This document shows, in pieces, positions 56,801 to 64,000 of a stretch of DNA of 64,000 nucleotides. The notes beneath the pieces were generated by a model. The model was not told the origin of the DNA. It did not search any database and was given only the letters and a program-made list of their open reading frames with translations. How positions within the stretch are numbered: position 1 is the first letter of the stretch; each line of letters opens with the position of its first letter. The translations under genes and the position numbers were made by a program. The DNA comes from Minisyncoccota bacterium (lineage in GTDB: Bacteria > Patescibacteriota > Minisyncoccia > Moranbacterales > UBA2206), in the NCBI GenBank assembly GCA_031291955.1, contig JARLIA010000009.1, positions 1,772-65,771 of the forward strand. The letters are read 5' to 3'.

Positions 56801-59800
56801 TATTTCCGGCCGTGATCAAAAATGTACCGTCCGCGCGCGGAATAACAGTAGTTCCTCGACCGGTTCCATTGACTAGGGCCGGGCCAACTGCCTGCTGACC
56901 AGTTCGTGGATCGATGATATTTGTCGTTGTCAGTGCGGTGGCATTGTTGATGCCTCCCGTCGCTACCCAATAACCGTCCGGTCTTTGAAACACCACCGAT
57001 CCGCAACCGGTCGTATTGGTAGTAAAAGCTGGGCCGGCAGAAAAGACTTTGGCATTGGCGTCATAGTTTAGAGTTGTACCGTTTGAAGCGACACCGATGT
57101 TGGCACCGACTTTCACTTTGTACTGATTATTGAACGGCAGACCCATCGGAATGGCCCATGCTCCGCAGGAAATGGCGGTGACCGTGCTCGGTCCAACCAT
57201 CATTGTATTGGTCACCTGATTATAAATTGAAGTGGCCGTGGTCTGATTGCCATGCATAATTGTGTAGGTGCCGTCATTATTTTGGATCGCCTGGGCGCCA
57301 ACTCCGCCACCCGCCGTCAAACACGGCCCATTAGTGAAACGGCTGCCGGAAGCTTGGGTCGGATCATAGATATCCGTGGCTGTTCCGACGGTCGAACAGA
57401 CCGCCGTTGTCGCAGCACTTCCCAAATAGACCAAGAATTTTCCGCTGGCCAATTTCAAAGCGAAAGCACCCGTTCCGACTCCGGCGGCATTGGTCGTGGT
57501 TGGCACATTGCCAGCGCCGGTCTGATTGGTGAATGTTTCCGTTGACGGATCATAGAGATCCGCGAAATTGCCATTCGGCTCAATGACCAAGAATTGCTTA
57601 TCATCGCGCGCGATGACAACCGTTCCCGCTCCAGCAGCGTCGGTCAGTTGCGGATGAGCGTTTGAATACATACCCATATAGAAGCCCGCTGTTCCACCAA
57701 GCTGAGTCGTCGGCAAAAGTCTGCCGTAAGGCAAAACCATATTGCCATTAACTGTTTCCACTCTAGTTTCCGCTTTGGTCATAGTCGGTCCGGATGGTGT
57801 GGCAGAACCATAGGCTGCGCCTAATGCAGTATCGATCAGACTGTCAGTGTAGGTAGTGGTCGTGTTGTCGGCTTGCGTGCCAACCAAGAACGGCGTGTCG
57901 GTCGCGGCGGCGGCGGCGGCCGTGCGATAAATATTGCGCGCTGTCGTGCCGGCTGGACCGAGCGGAATCGGATTTAAGACTTCCAGATTACTACCGGAAC
58001 AGCTTCGCACCACAGAAGCGGGACTCAATTGCGATTCCACGCCATTGGTGACAAAGGTGACAAACCAATAGTGATTACCGGAAGTACACGCCCCGGAACC
58101 ACTCGGTGCGGCGGACGTTGGCGCCACCGGAATCGTCGGATCGGTTGGCGAACTGGCATTAGGCAAACTGAAATCAAAGTTGGTTCGCTTCAAGACCGCG
58201 GAATTATCGATTTTAAAATTATATAATCTGGGTGTTACTTCGTCATAACGCGTTACCACCATGCCGGTGCCGGCCCAGACGCCCCGTTCATCCAAAAGAC
58301 GCTTCGGCAATGGTCGGTTATATTGAACTTTAACTCGAATACAATTTTCCCCGGCAGTGTCTTGAACAAGATCACCGGAATTTTTGATTTCAATTTCGGT
58401 CGCATTGTTGAGCGGCGTGGCGCAACCAGATTGTAAGCCATTGGAACTATGCGCTGTGCGCACCAAAAATTGCAGCGTGCTGTGAGCTGTATTAGTCGTG
58501 CCATTGGTCGCCGAGGCATAGACCGCCTCCATCTGGGAACTCCACCATAAAGTTGAATTGACATTGATGAAAGAACTGAAAATATCTTCCGAGGTATAGA
58601 GCGTTGTGCTGTCACTCATCGGCATGCCGGTATTATAGTTGTTCGTGGCCTGACTACCACCACCGACCAAGATTTGCCATGAACCGTCCTGACGCATAAT
58701 GGCATGCGCGCCGGAATTAACAGCTGTCAGTGGCGTCGCGCCATAAGTAGTGAAGCTATCATTGCTCGGGTCATAGATATAGGCGTTCTGTGATCCGCCA
58801 CCAACAATAATCAGAAACCGGCCATCCTGGATCGGAATAGCTTGTCCGCCGTCCCCAATCTGCGTTGCCGGTCCGCCGGACGAGTTGCAAGTCATAGTAT
58901 TAGCCGTCGGGTCATAAACCGCCCAAACATTCACTTTCGAGAGAATTACAAATTTTCCATCCTGCCGACGGAACGCCACCGAACCGGCACCATTGATGCC
59001 GCAGGTTCCCGCGGCTTTATTGCCGTCTAGCAATGGTCCAGCTGTAAATGCTCCCACTGGTGAGGCCCCAGTAATTGCGCCGGCTGATGGGTCATAGAGT
59101 TGAGTATTGGAAGTCGAACCACCGGCAACAACCAGCGCTTGTCCGTCATTGTGATACAAAACGACTGCTCCGGCCGCCCAAGTGGTGGACGTTGCTGTTG
59201 GACCAGTCACGACCGAGTCTAAAATCGGATCATACACCTGGGTCGTTCCGGCTGCCGCGCCGTTAGTGATCAAATATCTTCCGTTCGGTCGCAATACGGC
59301 AATTGTGCCGGCACCTTTGGCAGTAACCGTCATCGAAGGTCCCACCGGAGTGGCACCCATCGGATCGATCAAGGAAGAAGTTGTGGCGCCACCGCCATGG
59401 ATGACGCGATACAATCCGCCTGGTCGCGGCAAAGCCAACGCACCCGCACCGATCGCGTTATTTAGGAAAAATGGAGCGGCTGTGAATGTGCCGGCATAGG
59501 CATCATAAATATCCATGCCCGTAGTGCCGCCACGCAGGACCAAATATTTTCCATCCGCCCGTGTAATTGAAAACGCTCCCGTAGTGATAGCTGCTGTGGT
59601 TGATGGTTGGGCAGTCGTAGTGATTGTTCCTTTACCGCCATTTGGAATGCCCGTGGAAACCGTATCAGCCAGCGACAACCCATCGCTATCATTGTTCAGG
59701 CTTGATCCAATCGTACCCAGGGCAAAATCAGCAACCGATTCTTTGACGATACTCGAATCACTGCCATTGACCGTCACGCCTCCATTATTAGCCACTATAA

Positions 59801-62186
59801 ATTTATTACTAGTAACACTGCTAGCCGTTGTTTGCAGCTGCAAAAGATTGCCGGTGCCAGTGCTGTTGATGAAGATGGCTGAATTGGCGCCGGAAACAGC
59901 ATCGGCTGTGCTGGGCGCTAATGACACTCCGCCACCGGCCCCGCCAGGAATGTTGACTGTGACCGCATTGCCAACTGCACTAGCTGTCACACCCACGCCG
60001 GTAAAATTAAAGGATGATACGGCGGCGGTCTGTTGCGTGCCTTCGTCTGACACGGCAATGTTGGCGCCAGAACCCTGCAAATCAGTTTGCCAAGACATTG
60101 TGTTGCCAGCCAAATTATATTTCAAAACATAGCCGTCATTGGTCGAACCGGCCAAGCGCATCGGTGCGCCACTCGCGCCCGCGACGATCAGATCGCCTTG
60201 CGCATTCATCGGGTTGGCCATGTAAGTGGAATTGTCATAAGACAAAGTCGTGCCGGTGGCTTTTACAAAGCCAGTACCATTGATGATGTTGATATCCGAC
60301 GAGCCATTGAAGGCCACGCCTTGGATATTGCGCGAGGTGGTCAAGGTGGCCGCGCTGCCATCAATGGAAGTGATGCCGGTCAGCGCCTGACTGGCCGAAG
60401 CCCGGTTGAGCACGATACTGGTCGTGCCGATATACAAACTGGAAGCGCCCAAAACACCGGTCGGAATTGTGCCGCTCAAATTGCCGGCGGTCAGACTGGT
60501 CAGCGAAGCTCCGCTACCATTGGTCGCGAGCAGCGCCGAGGTACCACCCGGAAAAGTGTAAGTCGCAGCCGCGGTCGCCGAGAAAGTATAGCCGGCGTAA
60601 CCCGGCGCGGTGTTTACACCACCCGACACCATTGGTTGGCCGGCAGCGACGTCAGCCAAACGCGAAATCACTGCCGGAGTGGCCGTCGAACTGGCATACA
60701 TCAAGTCTCCGATATTGGTCAGCGGATTGGTCGCGATGTAACCGGCCGTCGGCAAGGTGACGGAAGTCGCACCGGTCGTCGTAAAAAACAAAGTATTAGC
60801 CGCTGTGCTCAATGGAACTAAACCGGAATTGTCTTGCAATGTCCAAGTTCGCGCCGCTGTCAGGTCGCTATTAGTGAAAATACCTGCATATCTGGTGGAA
60901 CCGACAGCAGCGATGGAAAATCCCAAGGTGTCATGGGTCGCAGTGGCATCGGCAAAAGTCTGAGCGGCTGTCCAGCTTTGCACGGCATTCAAGGCTGCCA
61001 AAGTTCCCGTGGCCGATGGAAAAGTGTAGGTCTGGGCAGCAGTCGCAGAAAAAGTATAGCCGGCATAGCCCGGCGCAGTCGTCACGCCACCGGAAAGAAA
61101 AGGTTGTCCGGCCGCCACATCGGCTAATTTAGTCGGCGCACCAGCCGTGCCGCCATAGATAATATCACCGACGGCATTCATCGGATTGGCCATATAGGCG
61201 GTCGTATCCCAAGTCAATGTGCCGGCCGTATTTTTCAAAAGTCCGGTCACGGAAGTGGTCGGCCAGGTGTAAGTCAGATCACCTGATTGAGCACCGGCTT
61301 GGAAAATCGTATTATATGAACCATTGCGGATGCCCAAAGTTCCAGTGACGGTCAATGTTTGGCCAGGATTGTTATTCCCGATCCCAATCTCATTATCCAG
61401 TGCGTCGATAGACAATGTATTACTGTCAATATTCAAAGCATTAACCACACTCGGCATTGCCCAAGTCGAAGCGGCGCCAGCAGAAAGGTTTAAAGCTCCG
61501 ACCGAAGTCAGAGCTAAAATGCCGGAAGAAGCAGTGGAAATAGTCAGATTGCCGCCCGTATTGGTCCAGGCGGACACGCCCCCGGAAGCCAGCGTGGCTG
61601 TACCGGTAGAATTGCCGAGCGCCACGGTTGAACCGGCCGTCGTAGCTAGATTGGTTATGCCAGTAGAGCTGAGCGAGGTGAAGGCAGCAGTATTGGGCGT
61701 GCCCGAGCCGATCGTCCCGGGCGCTTCCCAAGTTTTGGTTTCCAAAGTGTTGGCGTTGTCAGCATTGATGGCATACGGCGCGGCGGTGAATTGCACCAGC
61801 GGCGACATCTGGCCATTGTTGTTGAAATTGATGCCCAGATACAATTGATCGACATTTAAAGTGACCGTGCTCGGCAAAGCGGTCGCGTCACCCAAGTTAG
61901 TCTGGAAAATACTGGCAGTGGTGGTTAAGCTTTTAGACTCTTTCCAAATAGCATCGCCCAAAGAACCAGACGTACATGGAGTAGATGGAGAAGCGGTAGT
62001 ATAGATACAAAATAGGAAGGTATAACTCTGATCCGTCACATTGGTGCCATCAGTATTGACCACCTTGCCCTGGAAGTTGATCTGTTTGTTGATAGCCAGA
62101 GCATTTTTCGGCAAAAGAAAAAATCCCCCTATGAGAATAAGGCTGACAATAAGCATTCGAGATAATTTTAGGCTTCCTGGACCCAT
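53814..62186 (-). CDS. giant (about 2790 aa) secreted/surface protein, Gly/Thr/Ser/Ala-rich beta repeats, putative adhesin/S-layer-like
   Basis: Single ORF. Signal/TM SRMLIVSLILIGGFFLLPKNALA. Internal ~65-aa repeats containing G(P)xGTTARN(I/V)YRT, x3. The C-terminal ~500 aa form a distinct domain with coiled/fibre-like VxFxxxVxFxGxVTF strings. Start set at the internal Met (complement 62184-62186), because the first 13 codons of the ORF-track start (62225) overlap the upstream gene's terminator. Confidence 0.8.
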   Translation of the reverse strand: MGPGSLKLSRMLIVSLILIGGFFLLPKNALAINKQINFQGKVVNTDGTNVTDQSYTFLFCIYTTASPSTPCTSGSLGDAIWKESKSLTTTASIFQTNLGDATALPSTVTLNVDQLYLGINFNNNGQMSPLVQFTAAPYAINADNANTLETKTWEAPGTIGSGTPNTAAFTSLSSTGITNLATTAGSTVALGNSTGTATLASGGVSAWTNTGGNLTISTASSGILALTSVGALNLSAGAASTWAMPSVVNALNIDSNTLSIDALDNEIGIGNNNPGQTLTVTGTLGIRNGSYNTIFQAGAQSGDLTYTWPTTSVTGLLKNTAGTLTWDTTAYMANPMNAVGDIIYGGTAGAPTKLADVAAGQPFLSGGVTTAPGYAGYTFSATAAQTYTFPSATGTLAALNAVQSWTAAQTFADATATHDTLGFSIAAVGSTRYAGIFTNSDLTAARTWTLQDNSGLVPLSTAANTLFFTTTGATSVTLPTAGYIATNPLTNIGDLMYASSTATPAVISRLADVAAGQPMVSGGVNTAPGYAGYTFSATAAATYTFPGGTSALLATNGSGASLTSLTAGNLSGTIPTGVLGASSLYIGTTSIVLNRASASQALTGITSIDGSAATLTTSRNIQGVAFNGSSDINIINGTGFVKATGTTLSYDNSTYMANPMNAQGDLIVAGASGAPMRLAGSTNDGYVLKYNLAGNTMSWQTDLQGSGANIAVSDEGTQQTAAVSSFNFTGVGVTASAVGNAVTVNIPGGAGGGVSLAPSTADAVSGANSAIFINSTGTGNLLQLQTTASSVTSNKFIVANNGGVTVNGSDSSIVKESVADFALGTIGSSLNNDSDGLSLADTVSTGIPNGGKGTITTTAQPSTTAAITTGAFSITRADGKYLVLRGGTTGMDIYDAYAGTFTAAPFFLNNAIGAGALALPRPGGLYRVIHGGGATTSSLIDPMGATPVGPSMTVTAKGAGTIAVLRPNGRYLITNGAAAGTTQVYDPILDSVVTGPTATSTTWAAGAVVLYHNDGQALVVAGGSTSNTQLYDPSAGAITGASPVGAFTAGPLLDGNKAAGTCGINGAGSVAFRRQDGKFVILSKVNVWAVYDPTANTMTCNSSGGPATQIGDGGQAIPIQDGRFLIIVGGGSQNAYIYDPSNDSFTTYGATPLTAVNSGAHAIMRQDGSWQILVGGGSQATNNYNTGMPMSDSTTLYTSEDIFSSFINVNSTLWWSSQMEAVYASATNGTTNTAHSTLQFLVRTAHSSNGLQSGCATPLNNATEIEIKNSGDLVQDTAGENCIRVKVQYNRPLPKRLLDERGVWAGTGMVVTRYDEVTPRLYNFKIDNSAVLKRTNFDFSLPNASSPTDPTIPVAPTSAAPSGSGACTSGNHYWFVTFVTNGVESQLSPASVVRSCSGSNLEVLNPIPLGPAGTTARNIYRTAAAAAATDTPFLVGTQADNTTTTYTDSLIDTALGAAYGSATPSGPTMTKAETRVETVNGNMVLPYGRLLPTTQLGGTAGFYMGMYSNAHPQLTDAAGAGTVVIARDDKQFLVIEPNGNFADLYDPSTETFTNQTGAGNVPTTTNAAGVGTGAFALKLASGKFLVYLGSAATTAVCSTVGTATDIYDPTQASGSRFTNGPCLTAGGGVGAQAIQNNDGTYTIMHGNQTTATSIYNQVTNTMMVGPSTVTAISCGAWAIPMGLPFNNQYKVKVGANIGVASNGTTLNYDANAKVFSAGPAFTTNTTGCGSVVFQRPDGYWVATGGINNATALTTTNIIDPRTGQQAVGPALVNGTGRGTTVIPRADGTFLITAGNTTAGTVTLSNVYYPTGGPDTALNGVPMGTVAAAPAGPQMGPIPAPAAPTVGTVASGGAVDVGAHYYKVTEIMGGLESLPGTASAVATVASTGTQTVPLTAIPTGASPYANVTARRIYRTVAGAASTAVYYFVAQLDDNSTTTYSDVTADATIAANPTLPFAPAPASVSTIGSIGTGGAVDVGVHTYKYTFVTNGVESLPAAASATATTTSGNQTVNVTGVIAGPTGTTARNVYRTIASSTGLIGSYRLVGTVSGNSITTFADTYADATLGVPAPAAYTGQGDGSVTFQRPDGKWVLINGGSTPSNLVGVYDAGWYADGQYLSEMMQVPALSPNSTLEWQKTSDSYVRFEARVASSPAALGAASFNGVDNPGGSLNNAGTETWAQVEINFRRDFPTFCGAQNGVYNSGAGMEFCNRTISLPTVMQYQITNGQDLLSLQTDSYNVLRVTSNGGIYSSQQGGFYAGGADLAENYTSADDLQKGEVVSVDSTDVHNVKRSSMAYQKDVLGIVSTAPGFVAGSYTDGSYPIALVGRVPVNVSSENGLIKAGDRITAASIPGYAMRATVAGRVLGTAMESMNLDNMTDCPAGGNGGTDAKCGQITVFVNLADYQGMSVDSLMAEVTDNSLDVDDSAVAAATDPNSPFAEYTSQGKVLDFLENLKNNQANYSAADILAGNINAVGQMVSPLIVTDTLVAKNIKAENIEGLQFIQTGIQSAQDGVASNTTEVNNLGQQITSLQASLKTLTDKSAGLDASTIEDFTTSGGLTVGGLAQFNGPAMFKAVAEFVDKVVFHNNVSFEGQVTFNQDAAGYAIVKEGTDNVVVEFSQEYSDAPIVNANVSLQQIKDDDIRHATENLLLTSDANFIITNVTTKGFEIRINQKAIYDIPFSWTAIAVKDVKTFDASDNTDTPVSADGSQVVPTGTNTNTNPTATEPTVPGATATSSTTAASDLVNTATENTDTAARDTGGSQSVLSSTGITTTNTNATTNTAANVSATTTP

Positions 62187-62215
62187 AATTCTCTTTAAAA
62201 AATAGACAAACAAAA

Positions 62216-62235
62216 AAGCGGGCAATCACCCGCTT
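62216..62235 (-). terminator. Rho-independent terminator of the 239-aa gene
   Basis: aagcggg-caatca-cccgctt hairpin; on the minus strand it is followed by ttttttgtttgtctatttttt. Confidence 0.65.
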
Positions 62236-62322
62236 CATTCCGAAGCTTTACTTGGTTCTATTATACACTATATCGAGGAAAAAAGCAAGAGTAGAAATGG
62301 CTTATTTGAAGTTCAAAAAAGA

Positions 62323-63042
62323 TCATTTCAGCCAGGTCAAACTTTTAGCGATACCATCCGCCTCCCGACTGAGCGTTTCGTCCAGTGACCCGGGAGCCGT
62401 CATGACCAAAGTGGCTACTACGTCTTTATGTAGGATAAAAAAGGTCTTTTCGAAGGAACCATTGTCCGCCGGCACGAAAGAGACGCCGCTCACACTACCC
62501 AGCGAGAAATTTTCTTTTTTGTAACGCGCCGGCGTATTTTGGCGCAGTGAATAGTCGGGATCATCGGTCAAGTTTTGGCTCGGCAGACTCCGGATGGTCA
62601 GGTTTATCTTCTTGGAAAAATTGGAAGACTCGGTCAGATAGGCGCGCTCCAAGATGACATCTGAACTGTCGCGGGACAGATCGTCTGATTTCAAAACATA
62701 TTTGTTACCACACATGAAAGACACGTATGTCCCGGTGAAGGTGGCCGGCACATCCGAAACTGTGGTAGCAACTTCCGCGTCCGGCAAAGAAGCATTAATC
62801 ACGCCCTCCGCCGGCTTCTGGGCGAAACGATAAACCGCTACAGCCGCGCCGATTATCAAGATGAAAAAAACCAAACCGGCACAACAACCCCAGCGGTTTT
62901 TTTTGACTGCGGGAAGATTTTCTTGCTTTGTCACTTGAGATTCAGCAGTTGGAGGTTCGACCTCCTCAATGGAGGTCGAACCTCCATGCAGCACCACCTT
63001 TTCTGTTTCAATATTCTTATTTTTCTTCTTAAAAAGATTCAT
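62323..63042 (-). CDS. hypothetical membrane-anchored protein
   Basis: Acidic N-terminus, TM (CCAGLVFFILIIGAAVAVY), ~160-aa extracellular domain. Starts 1 nt after the upstream gene's stop (3 nt between ORF-track coordinates). Confidence 0.5.
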   Translation of the reverse strand: MNLFKKKNKNIETEKVVLHGGSTSIEEVEPPTAESQVTKQENLPAVKKNRWGCCAGLVFFILIIGAAVAVYRFAQKPAEGVINASLPDAEVATTVSDVPATFTGTYVSFMCGNKYVLKSDDLSRDSSDVILERAYLTESSNFSKKINLTIRSLPSQNLTDDPDYSLRQNTPARYKKENFSLGSVSGVSFVPADNGSFEKTFFILHKDVVATLVMTAPGSLDETLSREADGIAKSLTWLK

Positions 63043-63045
63043 TTT

Positions 63046-63987
63046 TTATTTTTGCTTTATTTTTTTCTTCTTATGTATGACATGAACTGCAACCATCAGA
63101 CCGATCACCAGAACCACCAGCCCGACAAAGTTCAATGGCACGAAAAAGAAGATGGTTTTTCGGGTAGTAAAATTATCTTGGCCGTCATAGCGGTAATCAA
63201 TGGCCATGGTATAGCGCCCTGGCAGATAAGCGAAAGAGATCGGCATGAATTTGCTCGGGAAAAGCCGGAAAGTTTCCGGCAAAATTATCCCCGATTCGCT
63301 ATTAATGATGCTTTTAGCCACCATCCGCCCGGTCGGATCGAAAATTTCCACCGTACCGCGCGGCACGACATGGACATTGCCCGTATTCTGGAAGCGCAAC
63401 CTTATCTGATCGGGCAACGTAAAAATGTTTTTACTCGCTTCGAAACTGTCCAGATTGAGACCATATGTTTCTCCGCCGGTCTTCCTGACGAAGAGCAGGG
63501 AGGCTAGTGACGGATCAAAGGCGATCGAATCACTCTGGCTGTCTGCCGTATTTCCGCCATTATCATCAATCTTGAAGAAGACGGCGCCATAATGGCCGCC
63601 GGGTGACAAAGATTCCCTATTTTCGATCGTCCCATCGACCTGGCGCTCTTCGCCCGGCGCCAGCACTAGTGTATCATTAGACAGATTGACCCAGGAAGCT
63701 AAGCCGTATTTCAAATTGTCCGACGCGCCGAGAAAAGCGACTCCGCCGGATTCGTCCAAGGTGCCGAAATCCAAGACGGAAACGCGAAAAACCGCCGGAG
63801 CAGCAGTAGTGTTTTTCACATTGATGGTGAACGGCGCGCTAGCTTGATCTTTTTTCAGATCGATACTTTGATAGAAGGGGGTAATAGAAAAACCCGACGG
63901 CGCAGCTTGGGCGCGGGCGGGTTTATCTGATGCAGCGAATGTTAAAAGCAAAAATAAAACGCAAAAATAAAACTTTGTATTTTTCAC
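63046..63987 (-). CDS. secreted cell-surface protein with C-terminal TM anchor and Lys-rich tail (DUF916/DUF3324-like architecture)
   Basis: Signal MKNTKFYFCVLFLLLTFAASDKPARA; C-terminus FFVPLNFVGLVVLVIGLMVAVHVIHKKKKIKQK. Confidence 0.5.
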   Translation of the reverse strand: MKNTKFYFCVLFLLLTFAASDKPARAQAAPSGFSITPFYQSIDLKKDQASAPFTINVKNTTAAPAVFRVSVLDFGTLDESGGVAFLGASDNLKYGLASWVNLSNDTLVLAPGEERQVDGTIENRESLSPGGHYGAVFFKIDDNGGNTADSQSDSIAFDPSLASLLFVRKTGGETYGLNLDSFEASKNIFTLPDQIRLRFQNTGNVHVVPRGTVEIFDPTGRMVAKSIINSESGIILPETFRLFPSKFMPISFAYLPGRYTMAIDYRYDGQDNFTTRKTIFFFVPLNFVGLVVLVIGLMVAVHVIHKKKKIKQK

Positions 63988-64000
63988 CCCACACTAACTT

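Noticed and set aside
60087-60821. 244-aa plus-strand ORF and several others (54978-55235, 57252-57545, 59515-60132, 61324-61848) inside the giant gene
   Set aside because: Arg/Gly-rich antisense shadows of the Gly/Thr/Ala-rich giant CDS. None has start-site context.
62187-62225. Longest-ORF start of the giant gene at 62225
   Set aside because: The first 13 codons overlap the aagcggg/cccgctt terminator hairpin of the upstream gene. The internal Met at 62186 is followed directly by a signal-peptide-like sequence and is the more plausible start.

Overview
This 64-kb window of bacterial DNA uses the standard genetic code, has moderate GC content and is densely packed with genes. The gene content suggests an uncultivated CPR/Patescibacteria-like lineage: FemAB and MurE peptidoglycan genes, several secreted Cys- or Ser/Thr-rich proteins, and a giant surface protein of about 2790 aa. 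This taxonomic placement is an inference, not a database match. I found no CRISPR array, rRNA gene, transposase, integrase or reverse transcriptase. All calls come from reading the sequence and the supplied ORF translations; no homology searches were run.

Housekeeping genes present:
- dnaG-rpoD
- ruvA
- rpsT
- holA
- mutM
- pyk
- ppsA
- murE
- femAB-like
- htpX
- lemA
- msrB-msrA
- rsuA-like
- tRNA-Ser(GGA) and tRNA-Gly(CCC)

Accessory and envelope content, in window order:
- a three-gene glycosylation module at the left edge: a PMT/ArnT-like GT-C with TPR repeats (running off the window), a SAM methyltransferase and a Dpm1-like GT2
- an ECF sigma / anti-sigma locus driving a MacA-MacB-like efflux pump, bracketed by paralogous DUF5666-like genes
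- a small three-gene cassette built around a retropepsin-like aspartic protease
- a secreted PTP-like phosphatase and a beta-propeller lipoprotein
- an atypical P1B-like ATPase in which the CPC motif reads TCA
- a copper operon: csoR, an HMA-permease-cupredoxin fusion and copA
- a terminator-rich island of small genes, including an 11-Cys protein with a palindromic operator
- a secreted papain-like protease and an 865-aa surface protein that share a 4-Cys module
- a tRNA 3'-end-like fragment abutting tRNA-Gly, and an AT-rich inverted repeat
- the giant surface protein, flanked by other surface proteins.

Most strong Rho-independent terminators are bidirectional.
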